Below, piece by piece: positions 57,481 to 64,000 of a DNA stretch of 64,000 nt. Origin of the DNA: Candidatus Methylomirabilia bacterium (GTDB lineage Bacteria; Methylomirabilota; Methylomirabilia; Rokubacteriales; CSP1-6). Numbering within the stretch: the first letter of the stretch is position 1; every line of letters begins with the position of its first letter. The notes under the pieces are model-generated. The model saw nothing but the letters and a program-made list of their open reading frames with translations. It had not been told where the DNA came from and did no database searches. The position numbers and the translations under genes are program-made. Location of the stretch: contig JBGPTW010000001.1 of NCBI GenBank assembly GCA_041490825.1, forward strand, positions 9,478 through 73,477, given 5' to 3'.

Positions 57481-59824
57481 TCTTGTCGCGGCCGTCCATC
57501 TGTTCCCGGGATTTCTCGAGCTCTCTCCGTTTCTTCTCCGTGATCTCGCCGAGGGTCGAGTCCTTCACGATCGTCGGCGTGATGAATATCAGAAGGTTCG
57601 TCTTCTCGTCTTGCCGATTGTAGTAGCGGAATAGCCAACCCAGAATGGGGATGTCCCCCAGGAGAGGGACTTTGCTGCGTAGCCTGGTCGAGTTGTCCTT
57701 GATCAGGCCGCCGATGGCGATTGTTTCTCCATCCTTGGCGACGACGGTGGTGCTGGCATACCTCTTGTTGATGACCGGGCCGATCTTGTTCGGATCGAAG
57801 CCGACCTCCTGGGTTAGCGAGGATATCTCCTGATAAATGTCCAACTTCACGAAATTGCCTTCGGTGACGCGAGGGGTGAGCCTCAGCGTGATGCCGACGT
57901 CTTTTCGGTCGACGGTGGTGAGGACGTTTCCGCCCGAGGTTTGGCTCTGCCCCGAGACGAACGGGACGTTTTCGCCGACGACGATCTCCGCCTTCTGGTT
58001 GTCGGTCGTCAGCAGGTGAGGGGTGGAGAGAACGTTGACGCCTTTCTCGGTCTGCAACGCCCTGACAAAGGCCAGGACGTTCACGAACTGCACTCCATTG
58101 AAGGTGATGAAACCCTTCACGACACCGGCGGCCAGACCGGACAGGCCAGCCAGGCCTGACGGTCCTTGGGAAGCGGCGGCAATGCCGCCGAAGCTGGTGC
58201 CGGCGAAGCCGGTCGTCGATCCACTGCTCGGAACGGTATCGCCGAGCTTGAACTCGACTCCCAGTTCCCTCAGCTTGGTGTCGGAAATCTCGATGATCGC
58301 GGCTTCGACGTACACCTGTCGCCGCCGGATATCGAGCTGCTTGATGACCTGCTTCAGAGCATCGTAATCCTCGGGCGCTGCGACGATGACGAGGGAGTTC
58401 CTGGCCTTGTCCGCGGTGACGGTGACCGGCCCGGTCAGTGTCACGCTGATAGGGAGCTGACCTGGTTGGGTCGATTGAGCCGGTTGCCTCGCGAAAAGGG
58501 TCGTGAGCGTCTTCGCGATGTCTTCCGCCTCGGCATACTCCAGCGGATAGACGTTGATCTTTCCTTCCTGTCTGCGTTTGACGTCGAGCTTTGCAATGAC
58601 GTCCTTCATCACGGCGTAATCTTCCGGCGCTGCCACGACGATCACGGCGTTCCTGGTCTTGTCGGCGGTGACGCTGACCGGGCCGGTGAGCGTCGCGCGC
58701 ATGCCCGGTGGCGCAACTGGTTGCGTGGGCTGCTGTCTGGAAAACACCGCCGTTAGGCTCTTGGCGATTTCTTCGGCATCGGCGTTGTCCAGGGTGTAGA
58801 CGTGCAGCTCGGCTTTTCCGCGCGGCGGTTCCTTGTCGAGGCCGGACAGCACGGAGGCGAGCCGCTCGACGTTTCTCGCCGCGTCGGTGAGGATGATGGT
58901 GTTCGTCTGGAGATCGGCACTGACCACGCCATTCCTCGACACCAGAGGGGTCAGAATCCGGATCGCTTCATTGGCGTTGAGATAACTCAAAGGAATCAAG
59001 CGGGTGACGAATCCTTCACCGCTTCCCTTCGATACGACCTCGGTCCAGTTCTGTCTCGCCTCGCTGAGGGGGATGATCTGAATGAGATCGTCGGCAGGCA
59101 CGGCAGCGTAGCCCTTGAATTGGAGAATTTCGAGGAGCAGTTGGTACAACTCCTCGACGGGAACGTCTTTCGGCGTGATGACCGTGACCTTTCCCGTGAC
59201 CCTCTCGTCGAAGACGAAATTCTTGCCGGTGACGTCGCTGACCAGCCGGATGAAGACCGGAAGCTCGACGTCCTTGAAGTCGACCTTCACGGCTTTCGGG
59301 CGTTGCGACGGCTTTGCCTCACGGACCGAACGACGCTCGACGTCGACAGCCTGAGCGGAAGAGGCCACGATCGCTGCCGGCGTGGTGGACGAGCGTGCCA
59401 GCGAACGGTCCGTAATCGCCCCGGCGGCGGGCCGCGGCATGACGATGCTCAGGCCCGTCGGATCGCTGTGAATTGCATACTCGGAGCGACCCGTCAGCTC
59501 GACGATGACTCGGGTGACACTCTTGCGGTACTGCGTGCCGTGAATCTGCTTGACTGGCTCCGTTCCCACGACGAGTGGCGTGGCCTGCCAGCCGTAGGTC
59601 GTTTCCTGGAGGTCCAGCACGAGCCGCGGAGGGGAATCCAGCAGCCTGGCGCGATATTTCGGGAGGCTCGAGATCTCGAGATGGACGGTGACCGCCTCCG
59701 GCTCGGCCGCCACGGTCACGTCGATCAGCCGAGCCGTTGCTGCCGGGTCGCCCGAGGCGACGACGGCGAGAAGCACCACCAGGGCGAGGCTGATCGGGAA
59801 CGTGGCCCCTCGTTGGGCCGCCAC
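57464..59824 (-). CDS. gspD: T2SS secretin D with N-terminal AMIN domain
   Basis: N0 (F.DV.L..FI..VS..TG.NF), QVYVEA.I.E, RKDVGITL, KVPLLGDIP.LG.LF. Confidence 0.93.
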   Translation of the reverse strand: MAAQRGATFPISLALVVLLAVVASGDPAATARLIDVTVAAEPEAVTVHLEISSLPKYRARLLDSPPRLVLDLQETTYGWQATPLVVGTEPVKQIHGTQYRKSVTRVIVELTGRSEYAIHSDPTGLSIVMPRPAAGAITDRSLARSSTTPAAIVASSAQAVDVERRSVREAKPSQRPKAVKVDFKDVELPVFIRLVSDVTGKNFVFDERVTGKVTVITPKDVPVEELYQLLLEILQFKGYAAVPADDLIQIIPLSEARQNWTEVVSKGSGEGFVTRLIPLSYLNANEAIRILTPLVSRNGVVSADLQTNTIILTDAARNVERLASVLSGLDKEPPRGKAELHVYTLDNADAEEIAKSLTAVFSRQQPTQPVAPPGMRATLTGPVSVTADKTRNAVIVVAAPEDYAVMKDVIAKLDVKRRQEGKINVYPLEYAEAEDIAKTLTTLFARQPAQSTQPGQLPISVTLTGPVTVTADKARNSLVIVAAPEDYDALKQVIKQLDIRRRQVYVEAAIIEISDTKLRELGVEFKLGDTVPSSGSTTGFAGTSFGGIAAASQGPSGLAGLSGLAAGVVKGFITFNGVQFVNVLAFVRALQTEKGVNVLSTPHLLTTDNQKAEIVVGENVPFVSGQSQTSGGNVLTTVDRKDVGITLRLTPRVTEGNFVKLDIYQEISSLTQEVGFDPNKIGPVINKRYASTTVVAKDGETIAIGGLIKDNSTRLRSKVPLLGDIPILGWLFRYYNRQDEKTNLLIFITPTIVKDSTLGEITEKKRRELEKSREQMDGRDKNDGYR

Positions 59825-60030
59825 GTCAGTCGGTTGCCAGCTTCAGGGTCACGCGGCTTGTCTTCGACCCCGCTGGCGTGATCGTGAACATCGGGCTGCC
59901 TGCCGCCGTTTCAGAGATACGACCGTCGCCGAGTGGTTCGGCAGTGTGAGGACCGGACGTCAAAACCGAAAATTCGCTTCCGGTACAGGAGCCCCCATGG
60001 CAAACGGATCGTCGTCACCCCGGTGCGGCC

Positions 60031-60068
60031 TAGTATAGGGGGCGCCGGCGCGCGGCCCAACGGTTTTC
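60031..60068 (-). promoter_or_regulatory. shared promoter motif, copy at gspD
   Basis: GAAAACCGTTGGGC...CCCCCTATACTA. Confidence 0.65.
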
Positions 60069-60098
60069 TTGGCAGGGCGTCGTTGCAGGCCTCGCGTG

Positions 60099-60875
60099 CT
60101 AACGGATCTCGATATTCGCGGTCTCGCGTCTTCCGTTGCGACTGTAGTCCAGGGCGATTTTCGGCTGATTCCGTATCTGCTGGAATAGCTGGTAGAGCGC
60201 ATCCGGGCTCTTGATCTCGACGCCGTTCACTCTCTCGACGACGTCGTTGTTCTGGAGGCCCAGCTTGGTGTAGAAGCTCGCGGGGGCGATGTCGAAGATC
60301 GTGTAGCCGGCTATCTTTCCGCCAACCAGGTAGGGAACCACTCTCGCCTGGGTCATGACCTTGTTGAGGTCCGACAGCGCGCCTTCCACGTCCCGTGGGT
60401 CGAGCCGTATCCCCGCTCGCATCGAGGGAGTTGCGCCGATCCCCTGCGGGTTCGGAGGCTCGCCGTCCACGAACTTCACCTCCACGACTGCCTTTTGGTC
60501 TCCGTTCTTCAAGACAACCCTGTTCACGCCGATCTCATCGATGAGCCAGCCGCCACCGACGTCGTCCCTGAGCCTATAGAGTTCCTGTGCCTTACCGGCC
60601 GGGGCAAGGATCACTGCGGACGGATAGGCTCCGGTTGTCGTACCGATGAGCTTCACCGGCGGCGCAGGTCCTACAGCAGGCTGAGCCGCGATTTGCGCTT
60701 CAAGGACGCGAGGGGGCAAGGACCGAACCGGCGTCCCGACCGCTCGAGGCATGACAAACGAAGGGGGCCGTTGCAAGGCCCCCTTGACGACGGTATTCAC
60801 GAGGTCCGCGGCAATGAACGTCGAGACGACGACGAAGCAGAAGGTCAACAACGGATTGAGCAGCCGCGACGTCAA
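60099..60875 (-). CDS. gspC: T2SS protein C (TM-HR-PDZ)
   Basis: TM, KLIGT..G...SAVI HR domain, PDZ LGLQNNDVV..VNG. Confidence 0.88.
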   Translation of the reverse strand: MTSRLLNPLLTFCFVVVSTFIAADLVNTVVKGALQRPPSFVMPRAVGTPVRSLPPRVLEAQIAAQPAVGPAPPVKLIGTTTGAYPSAVILAPAGKAQELYRLRDDVGGGWLIDEIGVNRVVLKNGDQKAVVEVKFVDGEPPNPQGIGATPSMRAGIRLDPRDVEGALSDLNKVMTQARVVPYLVGGKIAGYTIFDIAPASFYTKLGLQNNDVVERVNGVEIKSPDALYQLFQQIRNQPKIALDYSRNGRRETANIEIR

Positions 60876-60941
60876 GAGTTGGCCGGGTTACCGATACGCC
60901 AGCGGCCCGCCATCACTCTGTCTCGATCTCTCCTCTTCGCT

Positions 60942-62987
60942 CTACTTTGGAGTCTCTGTGGTACAGTCCGAGCTCTGCCCGAAGGGACTTACGACGCCAG
61001 GCGGCAGGAGACTCGCCGAGGTCACATCCCCGAACGCAACAGGCAGAGTGAACGTCGTGGACGATGTCCCTTCGGTGCCCGAGACCGACGCTCTCGCCGT
61101 CAACGTGACGACAGTCCAGTCGGCGAATTGTTTGGCATACGTGATGGTCGCCAGGGCCGAGCCATTGCTGTCCGTCGCGGCCACCGTATTGACGCTCGCG
61201 ACGTTGCCCGGTGTCAGTTGGCCGTCGTTATTCGTGTCCTCGCCTGGATCCAGGATACCGTTGAAATTGGTGTCCTCATTGAGGCAGGACGCCGAAACAA
61301 TCGGTAACCACTGCGATAAGCTCACCAGAGCCCCGCACACCAACGGGTTGATCGGGGGAGGGGCCGGCGGTGTCGGGGGTGGGTTGTTCAGGATGCAGAA
61401 GACCCGCACTCCTTTGAAGTAGGCGAAGGGTGGGTCGGATGTCGCCTGTGCCGGCCGCACCGTGAACTGGACCGTGGCACCAGGCACGGGATTTCCCGCG
61501 GCATCGGTCACCAGCGCTGAGTAGCGTTTCTGGTAGTTCAAGCCGGCGGACGCCAAGGTGTTATCGGTGCCGAGGCGCACGAACAGCGGCTGTCCGCCCA
61601 CGGTGAGCGTTGTCTGATTCGACACACCGGTCACCGGCACCCCGCCGAGATCGGTGACGGTGGCGGTAATGACAATGGCGTTCCCGGAGGGATTCGGACC
61701 GCAGCAGGTGACGGTGCCGGCAACGTAGGTGACCGCCGCAACCCCGGAGGCGTCGGTGATGGCCGAGGGCGACGTCAGGCTGCCGCCGCTGGGATCGTTC
61801 GTGATCGAGAAATTCACCCGGGCGTTCTTCACGAGATTGTCCGCGGCATCGCGCACGACCGCGGTGATCGTCGACGTATTGGCCGACGAGCCAACCAGGT
61901 TGACTGGCACCGTGGACGGGTTCGCCTGGACGTCCACTCGACTCACCGACGTCGCGACGAAGGTCACGTTGACGGAGTTCACGGGGGTACCGCCCGGTCC
62001 GGCCGCAGTGATAGTCGCCGGGCCGGCGGATGTCGACGATATGGTCACCGTCGCGTTGCCGGCACTGTTTGTCGTCGCAGGGCTACCCGTGAGGGCGCCC
62101 CGTGTCGCGGAGAAGGACACGGCGGCTCCGGCCACGGGCACGCCACTCTGGTCCCAGTGGACCGTCAGCGTGGCCGGTTTCCCGACCGGGAGTTCAGTGC
62201 CGCTCGCCGGTGCAGTGAAGCCGAAATTGGCGGCACTGACGGTGAGCGCGAAGGTCTTCGTCACCCCGATGCCAGAGGCGGTGATCGTGTCACTGCCCGC
62301 CTTCGTGCCTGTGACGGTGGTGGTGAACTGGCCAGTGGCGTCCGTCGTTCCGGACGCGGGTGTCAGGGTATTACCCGCTGCGGACGTGACCGTGATGGGG
62401 GCGTTCGATATCCCATTGCCCACCGAATCCTTCGCGGTGATGGTCAATGGTGTGGCGTTGCCGAAAACGAGCGAGCTGTTGCCGGAGATATTCACGGTGG
62501 TGCCGATGACGTTCACGCTGTTCGTTGCCGTGATGCCATCAGCGGTCGCGGTGAGCGTGATCGTGCGGTTGCCTTTGTTGGTGCCGAGATTGAGCTTGGC
62601 GATCACCTTGCCATTGGCGTCCGTAACGCCGCTGGAGCTGATGTCGCTGAGAAATGCCTTCGGGGCGACATCCGTGACCGAGAGCGTCACCGTCTTGCCG
62701 GTGATCGTTCGGCTGTTCGCGTCCAGGACGACGGCGGTCACGTCGACCGTGCTGGCGCCCGACGACGGGAGATTGGGGGAGCTGACGAGGAGCTCCTCCG
62801 CGGCGGCAGGCGGAGGTGGGGGGGTGCCGGTTCCTCCCGTACCGCCGGTCGCGCCGGTCCCGCCCGTTCCCGCGCTGGCGGTGGATCCGCCGCCCCCGCC
62901 TCCGCCGCAGCCTCCCAGCAGGCCGAGAAGGGCGCCCGTGACGAGCAGCAGACGCACCGATGTCCAGGCGGAGCCAGTCGTTAGCAT
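60942..62987 (-). CDS. lipoprotein with tandem bacterial Ig-like (Big_1/invasin-like) domains
   Basis: Lipobox LGGC plus poly-Gly; repeated D..GN.V.G..V.F / TD..G.A modules; EDTN.NG.LD.GEDTN.DG; AAGGAG SD. Confidence 0.85.
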   Translation of the reverse strand: MLTTGSAWTSVRLLLVTGALLGLLGGCGGGGGGGSTASAGTGGTGATGGTGGTGTPPPPPAAAEELLVSSPNLPSSGASTVDVTAVVLDANSRTITGKTVTLSVTDVAPKAFLSDISSSGVTDANGKVIAKLNLGTNKGNRTITLTATADGITATNSVNVIGTTVNISGNSSLVFGNATPLTITAKDSVGNGISNAPITVTSAAGNTLTPASGTTDATGQFTTTVTGTKAGSDTITASGIGVTKTFALTVSAANFGFTAPASGTELPVGKPATLTVHWDQSGVPVAGAAVSFSATRGALTGSPATTNSAGNATVTISSTSAGPATITAAGPGGTPVNSVNVTFVATSVSRVDVQANPSTVPVNLVGSSANTSTITAVVRDAADNLVKNARVNFSITNDPSGGSLTSPSAITDASGVAAVTYVAGTVTCCGPNPSGNAIVITATVTDLGGVPVTGVSNQTTLTVGGQPLFVRLGTDNTLASAGLNYQKRYSALVTDAAGNPVPGATVQFTVRPAQATSDPPFAYFKGVRVFCILNNPPPTPPAPPPINPLVCGALVSLSQWLPIVSASCLNEDTNFNGILDPGEDTNNDGQLTPGNVASVNTVAATDSNGSALATITYAKQFADWTVVTLTARASVSGTEGTSSTTFTLPVAFGDVTSASLLPPGVVSPFGQSSDCTTETPK

Positions 62988-63087
62988 GGAGACTCCTTGA
63001 CGGCGCTGGAGCCGATGCCCAGCCCCGAGATCCCCAACTGCCTGTTCTTTTCGAGGAACATTAGTTGAACGTGTCCACCGCTCACGA

Positions 63088-63140
63088 GCGGAAGAGTAGC
63101 AAGTAGTATAGGGGCCCGGCCGTACACGGCAAAAGTTTTC
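63088..63140 (-). promoter_or_regulatory. shared promoter motif, copy at the Ig-like lipoprotein
   Basis: GAAAACTTTTGCCGTGT...CCCCTATACTACTTGCTACTCTTCCGC. Confidence 0.75.
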
Positions 63141-63226
63141 CGTCACGGCGTGTGGGCGGGGTCCCGTCTCAGAGTGTCCCGATCGATCCCTGATCCGCGG
63201 ACGTTCCCGGCCGTCAGGGATGGCCG

Positions 63227-63733
63227 TCACGGATAGAGGATGGTGATCCGGCCGGAGGTGGCCACGCGGACGGTCGCGGTCTGATTCGTCGTGGGGTTCC
63301 GGACCTTGAAGTCGCCTGACGTGCCCGCCGGTGGGGAGGCGGCACCGAGCGCCGTGAAGACGACGCCGGTGGCTGGCGCCCCGACTTGAACGGCGTTCGA
63401 GAGCGTGATCGATCCATCGCTCGCGGTCCCTGTCCCGGTCCACGCAGCAGCCGAGCAGACCGAGAGGTGATACGTGATCTTCGTCCCGTAATTCGGGGAC
63501 GTGCCGTTGCTCGTGATGCAGACCGGCACGTTCGCCCGGATCGCCAGTCCTCGGGCTCCGTTCAAGATCGTCACGAGTTCCTGGGCGCCCGCCTTCAACG
63601 TCGATGTCTGCCAGTAGCTGATGAAGAGCGGCATGCTGACCGCGGTCACCACGGCCAGCACAGCCACGACGATCACCAGCTCGATGATCGTGTAGCCGCG
63701 GCGACCTAACTGGCAAATCCGCTCAGGTACCAT
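63227..63733 (-). CDS. FimT/FimU-like minor type IV pilin
   Basis: G/YTIIELVIVVAVL, L..AR..AI..N..V, V.F...G, V..SGRI. Confidence 0.85.
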   Translation of the reverse strand: MVPERICQLGRRGYTIIELVIVVAVLAVVTAVSMPLFISYWQTSTLKAGAQELVTILNGARGLAIRANVPVCITSNGTSPNYGTKITYHLSVCSAAAWTGTGTASDGSITLSNAVQVGAPATGVVFTALGAASPPAGTSGDFKVRNPTTNQTATVRVATSGRITILYP

Positions 63734-64000
63734 CGCGCGATTCTATCGCCCCATAGGAGACCGGTCGCACCACCGACAGCAAGGAAGGGGCCAAAGGGGA
63801 TTGGATCCTTGCGCCGCATACGTCCGGACAGGAGAAAGACCGTCGCACAAATTCCTCCGAGCATCACGGCGACGAACAGGGAAACGAGCGTGATTTTCCA
63901 GCCGAGGAACGCGCCGAACATCGCGGCCAGCTTCATGTCTCCACCACCCATCCCGCGGCCCGCCGTCGCCAGGATGATCACGAAGAAGATTCCGCCGCCC
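63706..64000 (-). CDS. pilD: prepilin peptidase, C-terminal part
   Basis: GMGGGDMKLAAMFGAFLGW, IPFGPFLA; truncated by the window edge. Confidence 0.93.
   Translation of the reverse strand, partial: GGGIFFVIILATAGRGMGGGDMKLAAMFGAFLGWKITLVSLFVAVMLGGICATVFLLSGRMRRKDPIPFGPFLAVGGATGLLWGDRIARWYLSGFAS

Noticed and set aside
59825-60030. Riboswitch (e.g. c-di-GMP) in the long gspD leader
   Set aside because: Hairpins are present, but I could not match GEMM consensus elements. An Rfam scan would be needed.
62988-63716. 243-aa N-terminal extension of the Ig-like protein in the ORF track
   Set aside because: It overlaps the pilin gene and a promoter. The SD and lipoprotein signal place the start at 62987. 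Similar spurious extensions were trimmed for map, rpoA, asnB, GT2, livF and the CNNM gene.

Overview
High-GC bacterial chromosomal window. Gene content and repeat style suggest Methylomirabilota/Rokubacteriales, but this is inference and was not searched. It opens with the end of the spc/alpha ribosomal operon (rplO'-secY-adk-map-infA-rpmJ-rpsM-rpsK-rpsD-rpoA-rplQ). Next come a SenA/EgtB-like sulfoxide/selenoxide synthase with EgtD, an fbp remnant with fbaB, a dienelactone hydrolase, two CNNM/CorC proteins, thiL, trxA, an orphan sigma54 activator with a FIST-like gene, and a deletion-fused hydantoinase A/B remnant. A 12-kb operon follows with five GT-C-type membrane glycosyltransferases plus GT2, AsnB and a methyltransferase. 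After it lie a liv ABC operon with MaoC/OCD/MOSC genes, the aroC-aroB-TPR-efp-accB-X-accC-thiE genes and pilMNOPQ. The window ends with a complete, apparently lower-GC type II secretion cluster (gspC-N), an Ig-like surface lipoprotein, a minor pilin and pilD. Four signals stand out. (1) One promoter motif (GAAAAC-nn-TTG...CCCCTATACTA) sits upstream of pilM, gspD and the Ig-like lipoprotein. (2) The GspD secretin carries a PilQ-like AMIN domain. (3) A dispersed/tandem repeat family forms translationally coupled mini-ORFs and CTAG-bounded MITE-like copies. (4) The multi-GT-C glycosylation locus has no evident known counterpart. No rRNA, tRNA, CRISPR array or transposase was seen.
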